Below, piece after piece: positions 1-7,544 of a DNA stretch of 63,417 bases. The stretch lies in NCBI GenBank assembly GCA_013151235.1, contig JAADIO010000011.1:1-63417 (forward strand). Reading direction: 5' to 3'. The translations under genes were made by a program, and so were the position numbers. Numbering within the stretch: the first letter of the stretch is position 1; each line of letters opens with the position of its first letter. Below the pieces are notes generated by a model. The model did no database searches. It worked only from the letters and a program-made list of their open reading frames with translations, and was not told the origin of the DNA. Origin of the DNA: Deltaproteobacteria bacterium (GTDB lineage Bacteria > CG2-30-53-67).

Positions 1-30
1 CCCGAAGGGCGAAGCCGGGCGGAATATCCA

Positions 31-67
31 AGAGGCTTTGACCATTCGGTTGAAGCCTCTCTTTTTT
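31..67 (+). terminator. Intrinsic terminator-like hairpin with U-tract (plus strand)
   Basis: AGAGGCTTTGACC-ATTC-GGTTGAAGCCTCT stem (31-60, with G-U pairs) followed by CTTTTTT. Confidence 0.65.
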
Positions 68-121
68 GTTCACACACGGGATCGCACCGACTGCATTTAT
101 CCTCGGCGTGGTTGGGTCCGT

Positions 122-1945
122 TCAGCCCTGCTCCTCCTTTTTCAATGCACCGAGCGCCCGCAGGGCCGCGGTAATCTCTGCGATGGCCTCCTCCTGTTTC
201 AGAAGCTCTTCAATCTCCCCTGCAACCCGGTCCCGGCCCTCTTTCCGACGTTCACGCCCATGGAGGATCGCATTCCGGGTCCCTTCAATCGTCCGCTTCA
301 GGTGCTCGTCTAATTGGGAAACAAACCGACGGAAGGTCCGGTCGATATTCTGCAGGGTCGCCCAGCGGAGGTTCTCCACATTGTGCATCAGAAGGTCCTC
401 CACCTCGGCAAGGATCCGTTTTCGGACCTGTTTGGTAAGGACTGGACGGGGAAGTACCCAGTCGAGCATCCCCGTCGGGATGGAACTTAAACGGTTGCTC
501 CAACGATGGGTTACCCAGTAAGGTTTTCGAACACGGTCGGGGGTCCCCTTCTCTTTCAGCGGGGTATAGGCAAGATCAAAAAGCTCGCAGGCCGTACGGT
601 GGACCGTATCGAGGAGTTCATTCGCCCGGCCCTGGTGCAGGTTGACAAGATCACCGATCCGCTTCTCCATGTCCCGAGACAACTCGCCGAGATGTTTTTC
701 AAAGAACAGCGGAATATTTTTCTCGATCGCCTTCTTCGCCCGTTCCTCCAGACCGGCACGGCTCGGAACATCCGACAGCTCTCTGCTGACCAGAGTATTA
801 AAATAGCTCCGGGCCTCCTCCCGGAGGTCCCCCGACTGTTCCTCCAGAAATTCGACCACCCGTTTCCGGTCCCCGGCCAGCAGGTCCCCCGCCGTCCGGC
901 GCATCCCCTCGGCCTCTTCCACCTGTCGGTTGAAAAGGGCAAGTTTCTCCTCCAGTACCTCGAGGGGGGTCTCAAGGGACCGCCGCCGCAAACGGACGCG
1001 CCCCCCCAGGTCGTCCAGCAAGTCCCCCGCCTTTGCAGCAATCGCCTGCCGAAGGATTGCACCCTTTTCCGTTTTCAGGAATCCGGTGAGACAGGTTTCG
1101 ACCGCTTCCATTCCACTCTCCCTCCATCCCTGTTCGTCGTCGGCGGTCCGGGCCGCAAGACCGTCGCGTCCCGAAACGGGAAAGATCTCGGGAACCTCTT
1201 GTATGGAAAGTTGTTTCCGGATCACATCTTTCAGAAAGTTCGCACACCGCTTCCGCTCGTCCGAAGAGAGATAATCGATCTTGTTGAGGATAAAGAAGAG
1301 ATGTTTCACATGCCCCTGAACGGCTCGGAGAAATTCCACCTCCACCTCCGTAATCGGCGGGTCGGCCGAAACAATAAAAAAGGCGGCATCACACTGGGAA
1401 AGAAAGTTGATCGTCGACTCGGTATTGTGACGAAAGGTGGAACCGATCCCGGGGGTATCAATGAGGACGACCCCATGCGAAAGGAGACCCGAGGGATGCT
1501 CCACATCCACCTGAGTGACGCCAAGACGATTCTCGGGGTTCCGCTCCTCCGTAACATGGCGTTCCAAAAGTTCAACCAGGGCATCATGGGGACAGCCGAC
1601 GCACTCTTCCCGCTCCCCGTCCTCAAAGGAGACCCAAACCGACCTTTTCGGACCGTACCGGAGAAAGGTCGGGATCGCGGTCAAGGGAACGACGGCCGTC
1701 GGCAGAAGAGGCTCCCCCAGGAGGGCATTCAGGAAAGTGCTTTTCCCCCGTTTGAACTGCCCCAGCACAGCCAGATGGAACCGGTCTCCTTCGAGCCGTT
1801 CCCTGAGTTGAGCCAGGCGTTCTTCGTCAGGCAGAAAATCATCCCCCAGTTTTTCTATGAGTTCGGCGGATCGTTCAAAAAGGGTAATAAGGTCAGGGGC
1901 TGCAACAGGGGTGACGGACGGGGTTCCTTCATTGAAGGAATCCAT
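122..1945 (-). CDS. Bacterial dynamin-like protein (dynamin-family GTPase)
   Basis: G1 LGQFKRGKST, G2 PTAVVPLT, G3 LIDTPG, G4 LNKID, then a long helical/coiled-coil stalk; 607 aa; RBS GGAGG before ATG. Confidence 0.9.
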   Translation of the reverse strand: MDSFNEGTPSVTPVAAPDLITLFERSAELIEKLGDDFLPDEERLAQLRERLEGDRFHLAVLGQFKRGKSTFLNALLGEPLLPTAVVPLTAIPTFLRYGPKRSVWVSFEDGEREECVGCPHDALVELLERHVTEERNPENRLGVTQVDVEHPSGLLSHGVVLIDTPGIGSTFRHNTESTINFLSQCDAAFFIVSADPPITEVEVEFLRAVQGHVKHLFFILNKIDYLSSDERKRCANFLKDVIRKQLSIQEVPEIFPVSGRDGLAARTADDEQGWRESGMEAVETCLTGFLKTEKGAILRQAIAAKAGDLLDDLGGRVRLRRRSLETPLEVLEEKLALFNRQVEEAEGMRRTAGDLLAGDRKRVVEFLEEQSGDLREEARSYFNTLVSRELSDVPSRAGLEERAKKAIEKNIPLFFEKHLGELSRDMEKRIGDLVNLHQGRANELLDTVHRTACELFDLAYTPLKEKGTPDRVRKPYWVTHRWSNRLSSIPTGMLDWVLPRPVLTKQVRKRILAEVEDLLMHNVENLRWATLQNIDRTFRRFVSQLDEHLKRTIEGTRNAILHGRERRKEGRDRVAGEIEELLKQEEAIAEITAALRALGALKKEEQG

Positions 1946-2035
1946 AAAAGAACCTCCTCTCCCAGGGGGATTGCGGGAAGGAGGCAGTAAAGACCGTTGC
2001 CTTTCTGCAAACTCCCACCCTGATTCAAAACTTCC

Positions 2036-2092
2036 GAGCAGGAGTCATCAGTCGGGAAAATCCGACATTTTCCGGGCGGACTCCATCGCCTT
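2036..2092 (-). ncRNA. Fluoride riboswitch (crcB motif) aptamer
   Basis: Minus strand reads GGCGATGGAGTCCGCC-CGGAAAAT-GTCGGATTTTCCCGAC-TGATGACTCCTGC: P1 GGCG/CGCC, conserved GAUG, P2 GTCGG/CCGAC, CUGAUG and pseudoknot GGAGT/ACTCC, matching the crcB consensus. Confidence 0.9.
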
Positions 2093-2099
2093 CTTGAAA

Positions 2100-2128
2100 T
2101 TTATATCGTTCAGGCAGGAATCTGTCAA
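2100..2128 (-). promoter_or_regulatory. Sigma70 promoter driving the riboswitch-dynamin transcript
   Basis: TTGACA (2128-2123), 17-nt spacer, TATAAA (2105-2100); the aptamer's GGCG begins 9 nt downstream of the -10 box. Confidence 0.8.
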
Positions 2129-2195
2129 GAATTATTCCGGATGGAATCCCGGGTTAACCCGGGAAGGTCCCGATTTGAACACCGGCGGACCGGCA

Positions 2196-2618
2196 TCAAG
2201 AAGCCTTTGCCTGCAAGAGGGGGGGTGAGCAAGGCAGGACCCGCCCGCCAAGCAGATGATCCACTCGCCGCACCAGCAGGCGGATATCATAGGGCTTGTA
2301 AAGGATATCAAGGCAACCGTACTTCATAAGCCGCCTTGACGTCACCGGTTCATGGTCGGCCGTAACAAAGATGCTTGGAATCGAGAATCCATCTTTCTGA
2401 AGGCGCCGGATCAGATCGTCACCGTCAAGTTTCGGCATATGAATCTCCGAGATCAGAAGATCAAAGGGCAACCCTTCCACTTCCGCCTCGGTAATCATTG
2501 ACAGGGCTTCCAAACCATCTTGCGCTTCCTGAACCTCGTAGCCCTTCATCCGCAGGGCAAAGGCGATGGTATAACGCACGGCAGGTGCATGATCGGCAAC
2601 CACTATTTTTCGACTCAT
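2196..2618 (-). CDS. Single-domain CheY-like receiver (atypical; phospho-acceptor Asp replaced by Glu)
   Basis: Receiver motifs KIVVADH, DLLISEIHMPKLDG, IFVTA, LYKPY. Confidence 0.8.
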   Translation of the reverse strand: MSRKIVVADHAPAVRYTIAFALRMKGYEVQEAQDGLEALSMITEAEVEGLPFDLLISEIHMPKLDGDDLIRRLQKDGFSIPSIFVTADHEPVTSRRLMKYGCLDILYKPYDIRLLVRRVDHLLGGRVLPCSPPLLQAKAS

Positions 2619-2671
2619 TTTCCCCTCCCTCCTTCGAACAGACAGAAAGATCTCACGGTTTTTCAGGATTC

Positions 2672-2887
2672 GTAACTGCTCAGGTTGCTTCTATTTTCCC
2701 GCAGGACAAAGCGTGAGGAGCGCGGACACCTTCGGCGTATTTTTCATACGTTGAGGATTTGAGCACCGCAACACCCCAAGATCCCTTATTCATCAGGGCC
2801 GCTGAAAGCGACAAAGATAAACTAAGGCGGGGCACGCCGAAGGCGTAACCAGTCATACGGAAAAAGAGTGGTGACCTGAGTAGTTAC
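2672..2887. mobile_element. 216-bp MITE-like element with 8-bp target-site duplication
   Basis: Terminal IRs GTAACTGCTCAGGT / ACCTGAGTAGTTAC (13/14, extending imperfectly to about 36 bp); flanked on both sides by CAGGATTC (2664-2671 and 2888-2895); internal IR CCTTCGGCGT/ACGCCGAAGG. Confidence 0.85.
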
Positions 2888-3102
2888 CAGGATTCCTCCC
2901 AGGTCCCGTTACAGACCTGGCCATGAATGAATCTTTTTTCGGGGAAACCGATATCCCGATGGAGAAACACAACCTTGCCGCAGATCCGGCAATGATAACT
3001 CTCTCCATCGTAGAGGAACCCCCCTTCGTTGTTTTCCCGGTTGAAGTAAACCGGACGGTTCCACTGCATCTTCCCGGCACCGCATTTCGGGCAATTCATC
3101 AT
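2884..3102 (-). CDS. Small zinc-ribbon protein (CxxC...CxxC), function unknown
   Basis: MMNCPKCG...YHCRICGK; strong RBS GGAGG before ATG; downstream of a sigma54 promoter. Confidence 0.7.
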   Translation of the reverse strand: MMNCPKCGAGKMQWNRPVYFNRENNEGGFLYDGESYHCRICGKVVFLHRDIGFPEKRFIHGQVCNGTWEESW

Positions 3103-3170
3103 GGCACCTCCTTCCCCTCGCCTGCATTTTTTAAGATTGAAATGAGGAAGATCTTACGAAACAAAAATAT

Positions 3171-3186
3171 TGCAAATTGAATGCCA
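3171..3186 (-). promoter_or_regulatory. Sigma54 (-24/-12) promoter
   Basis: Minus strand TGGCATTCAATTTGCA has the exact GG-N10-GC spacing of TGGCACG-N4-TTGC. Confidence 0.75.
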
Positions 3187-3270
3187 AAGATACGACCGGA
3201 GTCACACGGAAAAACCAATGTAAGTTCAACCGGTTAGAAAACCGTAGAAAAGGAAGGAGCTGCAAAAAAA

Positions 3271-3313
3271 GACAAAACTGTCACAGTCAAGACCTTTCTG
3301 CGACAATCCTGTC
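3271..3313. promoter_or_regulatory. Pair of palindromic upstream activator sites (putative bEBP enhancer)
   Basis: GACA-AAAC-TGTC (3271-3282) and GACA-ATCC-TGTC (3302-3313), 31 bp apart, about 85-130 bp upstream of the -24 box. Confidence 0.55.
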
Positions 3314-3331
3314 ATCGAGAAATTTCGCGGA

Positions 3332-3988
3332 TTACAGCGATTTGATCCGCTCCAGGTCGCTGTTCCTGCCGAGAACAACCATCATCTCACTGTCTTTGAG
3401 TACCTTTTCCGGATCGATAATCAACTCTACTTTGTTCTCGATGACATCCTTGATGGCAATAATCTGCAGACCGAATTTCCGCCGGAAGTCGAGGTCCCGG
3501 ATCTTCTGTCCGACAATCTTCTTCGAGGGTGCCACCTCCTGTATACTGTACCCCTCGACGAAGGGGATATAATCGATAATATTCTTCGTGCTGATCCTTC
3601 GGGCAAGCCGGATTGCGACATCCTTCTCCGGGAAGACCACCTCCGATGCGCCGAGGGTGGAAAGGATCTTCCCATGGTCCTCTTCGTTGGCCTTGGCGAT
3701 GATCTGCCGGACCCCTAACTCCTTGAGGAATAGGGTGGCCAGAATACTCGATTCCAGGGATTCACCCATGGCAATAATGACAATGTCGTCCGGGTCCAGT
3801 CCAAGGGATTTCAGGAACTCCTTGTTGGTAACGTCGGCCACCATCGCCCTGGAGGCATGGTCTTTCGCTCTCTGTACGGCATCCCGGTCCCGGTCGAGGG
3901 CCACCACATCGGCACCCGCTTCGTAAAGGGTCCTGGCCACATGACTTCCGAACATTCCCAATCCGATAACGACATATTGCTGTTTCAT
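3332..3988 (-). CDS. ktrA: Ktr/Trk potassium uptake system, RCK regulatory subunit
   Basis: VIGLGMFG Rossmann motif, IIAKA, VVFPEKD, TrkA-C domain; follows the KtrB membrane subunit. Confidence 0.9.
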   Translation of the reverse strand: MKQQYVVIGLGMFGSHVARTLYEAGADVVALDRDRDAVQRAKDHASRAMVADVTNKEFLKSLGLDPDDIVIIAMGESLESSILATLFLKELGVRQIIAKANEEDHGKILSTLGASEVVFPEKDVAIRLARRISTKNIIDYIPFVEGYSIQEVAPSKKIVGQKIRDLDFRRKFGLQIIAIKDVIENKVELIIDPEKVLKDSEMMVVLGRNSDLERIKSL

Positions 3989-4012
3989 CTCCGCACCTTT
4001 AAAAAGTCAGGG

Positions 4013-4058
4013 TTGATAAACTCGTTAAAAAGCAGACGGACTTTATGACAAAGCCGTC
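4013..4058. repeat. Degenerate short IR element related to the element at 28352
   Basis: TTGATAAACTCGTTAAAAAG...GACTTTATGACAAAGCCGTC resembles GATGGTGTCGTAAAAAGTC...GACTTTTTACGACTTCATC. Confidence 0.4.
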
Positions 4059-4062
4059 CCGG

Positions 4063-5442
4063 TCAGCCTACCATAATGTTTTCTTCCGGGTAAGAAAAGA
4101 GTTCTTCCTTCCGTTCCCCGGAAATCGCCAAGGCAACGGTGATCGGGCCCACTCTTCCGACAAACATCAGGATCATCAGGATGATCTTGCCTGCCGCCGA
4201 AAGGGTCGGCGTGACTCCGGTGGACAGTCCTACCGTACCAAAAGCGGAAACGGTCTCAAAGAGATACTCTAAAAAAAGCCCGCGGCTCGCCGGATGAGGG
4301 ATATCCCCCAACTCCGTAATCATCAGGGCCATCGTCCCGAGCAGGATCAACAGCAGGGAAAGAAGAATAATGGAGATGGCTCTCGCCACCGTCTCGGAAG
4401 GGACGGTCCTTCGAAAGAGGACCGTATCTTCCCGGGCCTTCCATTTTGAATGGGCCATGGCCAGAAGTACGGCAAAGGAGGTCGTCTTGATCCCGCCGCC
4501 GGTTGAACCGGGAGAGGCCCCGATAAACATGAGAATGATCGTGAAGAGGAGGGTCCCGTTTGTCAGCAGATGGTAATCGACGGTATTGAATCCGGCCGTC
4601 CGGGGTGTAATCGACTGGAAGAGGGCCATGAGCCCCTTTTCGCCGAAAGAGGCACCGGCCAGAGCATTCTTCCATTCCAGCACCAGAAACCCCGCGGCAC
4701 CGGCAATGATGAGAAGACCCGTCATGACGAGGACCGTTCGGGTATGGGTGGAGATGGAGATCCTCTTCTTCTGCAGGAATTTCGCCGCCGTAAATTTCTG
4801 AAGCTCCCGCAGGACCAGGAAACCGAGACCCCCGGCAATGATCAGGACAAGGATGACGCCGTTCACCCAGGGATCGCCCCTGTAATCGACAAGGCTTCGG
4901 GAGAAGAGGGAAAATCCGGCATTGCAAAAGGCCGATACGGAATGGAAAAGGGCTTGGAAAAAGGCCTCCTTTAACGGGAAGAGGGTCCGCCACCGAAAAA
5001 AGAGGAGCGCCCATCCCACCCCTTCAAAAAGGAGGGTCATGATAAAGACGTTCTTCACCAGGGTGGAGACGGAAAGATCGGTCTTGTGGGAGAGGGTTCC
5101 CTGTACGAGTTCCCGACCTTTGAAGGTCAGCCGTCTGCCCAGGACCAAGATCACCACCGTTGAGTAGGTCATGATTCCCAAGCCCCCCATCTGGATCAGC
5201 AGAAGCAGAATCCCCTGACCGGTGGTGGAAAAACGACTCCCGGTATCGACCACGGTCAAACCCGTCACACAGACGGCGGAGGTCGCCGTAAAGAGGGCGT
5301 CGAGGAAGGAGACGGGACCGCCCGCCAGGGAAAAACGGGCGTGGAGGAACACGGCCCCGACCAGAATCGCCAGGGCAAAGCTGCCGATGAGGAGCGTATT
5401 GGGGTGCAAACGTTTGATCCGTCCGAGCATATGATTCGCCAT
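4063..5442 (-). CDS. ktrB: Ktr/TrkH potassium uptake membrane subunit
   Basis: Four pore-loop motifs: SAVCVTGL, SAFCNAGF, PRTAGF, SAFGTVGL; GSTGGGIK; MFVGRVGP. Confidence 0.92.
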   Translation of the reverse strand: MANHMLGRIKRLHPNTLLIGSFALAILVGAVFLHARFSLAGGPVSFLDALFTATSAVCVTGLTVVDTGSRFSTTGQGILLLLIQMGGLGIMTYSTVVILVLGRRLTFKGRELVQGTLSHKTDLSVSTLVKNVFIMTLLFEGVGWALLFFRWRTLFPLKEAFFQALFHSVSAFCNAGFSLFSRSLVDYRGDPWVNGVILVLIIAGGLGFLVLRELQKFTAAKFLQKKRISISTHTRTVLVMTGLLIIAGAAGFLVLEWKNALAGASFGEKGLMALFQSITPRTAGFNTVDYHLLTNGTLLFTIILMFIGASPGSTGGGIKTTSFAVLLAMAHSKWKAREDTVLFRRTVPSETVARAISIILLSLLLILLGTMALMITELGDIPHPASRGLFLEYLFETVSAFGTVGLSTGVTPTLSAAGKIILMILMFVGRVGPITVALAISGERKEELFSYPEENIMVG

Positions 5443-5538
5443 CGGGTATCCCCTCTTTGCCGATCAGCGGAAACTCAAAATAGAAAATACTTACACCATC
5501 CGGGGAAAGGGGTCAAGGCAGAATCCGCTTTCTCTTCC

Positions 5539-5567
5539 TTGACAGCCATGCGGCAAACTTTTATCAT
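5539..5567 (+). promoter_or_regulatory. Sigma70 promoter for mqnA
   Basis: TTGACA-N17-TATCAT 22 nt upstream of the ATG at 5590. Confidence 0.6.
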
Positions 5568-5589
5568 GGGCTGCCTTTCAGGAGATTCC

Positions 5590-6423
5590 ATGATCCGAAT
5601 TGGAGAAATTCCTTACGCCAACTGTACCCCCCTTTTCCATTCCCTGCGAAAAACCGGGGCCGGAAAAAACCTTACCTTTGTTCAGGGAGAACCGGCAACA
5701 TTGAACCGGATGCTCTTTGCAGGAGAGATCGACCTCGCCCCCTCTTCCTCCTTCGAATACGGGCTCCATCCGGACCGCTATCTCCTCATGCCGGATCTCT
5801 CCATCTCCTCCGGCCGGGAGATACAAAGTGTTCTTCTTCTCTCCACCGTTCCTATCGAAAAATTAGGAGGGAAAACATTGGAACTCTCTCCGGCCTCGGC
5901 CACCTCGAATGCACTCCTGCGGATCCTTCTTCACAAGCAATACCGTATCGATTGCCATTATCACCTCACGGAGGGGAAAGCCCATGCTGCAGCCGATGTG
6001 GCCGCCCGGCTTGATATCGGGAACTCGGCGCTCAAGGCCCATCTGCAAAAGAAGGAAGAGGGATTCGTCTATGATCTCGCCGTCCTCTGGAGGGATTTTA
6101 CAGGTCTTCCCTTCGTTTTTGCCCTCTGGATGATCCGGCGGGAAATCGTCGCAACAAAGAAGGAGGAGATCATGCGTCTCGCAGGAACGCTCCGGGAAGC
6201 CCGAAAATACGCGGAAGGCCATTACCCGGAAATCGCCCGGGCGGCAAAGAGCGCCGTCGGCATCGATGCGGACGACCTTGTCCGCTACTGGCAGACCCTC
6301 TCCTACAATCTCGATGACAAAAAGATCGAGAGTCTGGAACGCTATCTCGATTACGCCTGCGAACTCGGCCTCATCCCGGAAAGCCCTTCCCTGAACTTTC
6401 TTCCCTTTTTGCCTTCCAAATGA
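5590..6423 (+). CDS. mqnA: Chorismate dehydratase (futalosine menaquinone pathway)
   Basis: RIGEIPYANCTP, SVLL, SATS, YDLAVLW, GLPFVFALW motifs; start moved to ATG 5590 with GGAG RBS. Confidence 0.85.
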   Translation: MIRIGEIPYANCTPLFHSLRKTGAGKNLTFVQGEPATLNRMLFAGEIDLAPSSSFEYGLHPDRYLLMPDLSISSGREIQSVLLLSTVPIEKLGGKTLELSPASATSNALLRILLHKQYRIDCHYHLTEGKAHAAADVAARLDIGNSALKAHLQKKEEGFVYDLAVLWRDFTGLPFVFALWMIRREIVATKKEEIMRLAGTLREARKYAEGHYPEIARAAKSAVGIDADDLVRYWQTLSYNLDDKKIESLERYLDYACELGLIPESPSLNFLPFLPSK

Positions 6424-6603
6424 TGCGCTTGGCCGGCAGATGTGCCGTCCGCACTTCTGTGGTATCATGGGGCCACAGCAGAGAGTAACGCCGGGGTTTG
6501 TCCCCGACGTAAGTAGCATCCCGGGATATTCTTTTTGCTTGCCCCGTTTGGGGATTCTGTTATATCTTCCCGTTTCAAAATCAACCCAAAAGAAAGGTCA
6601 TCA

Positions 6604-7149
6604 ATGAATCGAGTCCCGAAAAAGATCTTTTTTACCAACGGTGTGGGCATTCACAAGGAAGAACTTCAATCCTTCGAACTGTCCCTGCGGGATGCCGGAA
6701 TCGAAAAGTGCAACCTCGTCACCGTCTCCAGCATCCTTCCGCCGGGGTGCAGACGGATCTCCCGAAAGGAAGGGTTGAAACTCCTCCACCCCGGAGAGAT
6801 CACCTACTGCGTCCTGGCCCGCTGTGCCTCCAATGAACCTCGCAGACTCCTGGCCGCCTCCGTGGGATGCGCCATCCCCATGGACAAGCGGATGTACGGC
6901 TACCTCAGCGAACACCACGCTTTCGGTATGACCGACAGAACCGCCGGCGATTACGCCGAGGACCTGGCGGCGGCCATGCTCGCCTCGACCCTGGGAATCG
7001 AATTCGATGAAGAAAAGAGCTGGGACGAAAAACGGGAGATCTGGAAGATCAGCGGGAAGATCGTCCGGACGAGCAACATCACCCAGTCGGCGATCGTCAA
7101 GAAGGGGTTCTACACCTCCGTCGTAGCGGCGGCGGTCTTTATCTTATAA
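6604..7149 (+). CDS. pdaD: Pyruvoyl-dependent arginine decarboxylase
   Basis: [22 protein letters not shown] (Ser-Ser autocleavage site), [11 protein letters not shown] 6604 with AAAGG RBS. Confidence 0.85.
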   Translation: MNRVPKKIFFTNGVGIHKEELQSFELSLRDAGIEKCNLVTVSSILPPGCRRISRKEGLKLLHPGEITYCVLARCASNEPRRLLAASVGCAIPMDKRMYGYLSEHHAFGMTDRTAGDYAEDLAAAMLASTLGIEFDEEKSWDEKREIWKISGKIVRTSNITQSAIVKKGFYTSVVAAAVFIL

Positions 7150-7407
7150 CCCCACATACCGCCGAAGGGTTTCGGCATCAAGCCAGCCGCCACGGCATTT
7201 CACGCATTGCAGAACCGCCCCCCCCTGAAAGGGAACCTTCCGGAGGGAAGCACCGCAATGCGGGCAGGCAGGAGACAATCCGATTTCTTCCGTGCCCATT
7301 TCTCCTTTGGATCCTCTCTTTTTCTCCAACCATTCCCGGTGCTTCTTCAGGAAGTAATCCTCTTCTTTCCCTTTTTCCACCTCGTCCCATTTGTCTTTCT
7401 TTTTCAC
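7144..7407 (-). CDS. zf-TFIIB-like zinc-ribbon protein with N-terminal charged helix
   Basis: EEDYFLKK helix then CPHCG...[13 protein letters not shown] start at 7407 after GGGAGGGAG. Confidence 0.7.
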   Translation of the reverse strand: MKKKDKWDEVEKGKEEDYFLKKHREWLEKKRGSKGEMGTEEIGLSPACPHCGASLRKVPFQGGAVLQCVKCRGGWLDAETLRRYVGL

Positions 7408-7544
7408 GGCTCCCTCCCATGTTTCATCTTTCAGAAGAGGATAAACCTTTCCGGAAAGTGAGGTCAAGGAAGAATTCTCAGGAGTTTCCCTCTCCATTAT
7501 GGTATATTGGTGTTCGATAATGAGGCGAAGAAGAGGTAGAACCA

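Noticed and set aside
506-1990. 494-aa plus-strand ORF, and similar long antisense ORFs (18616-19950, 39398-40603, 48400-49515, 35269-36273 and others)
   Set aside because: Shadow frames of well-supported genes in GC-rich DNA; no recognisable motifs
3332-5442. ktrAB as part of the fluoride regulon, or under a c-di-AMP riboswitch
   Set aside because: Separated from the riboswitch by other promoters and genes; no ydaO-type motif recognised upstream of ktrB
5341-5589. N-terminal extension of MqnA
   Set aside because: Overlaps the ktrB start and the divergent promoters; ATG 5590 has an RBS and matches the family start
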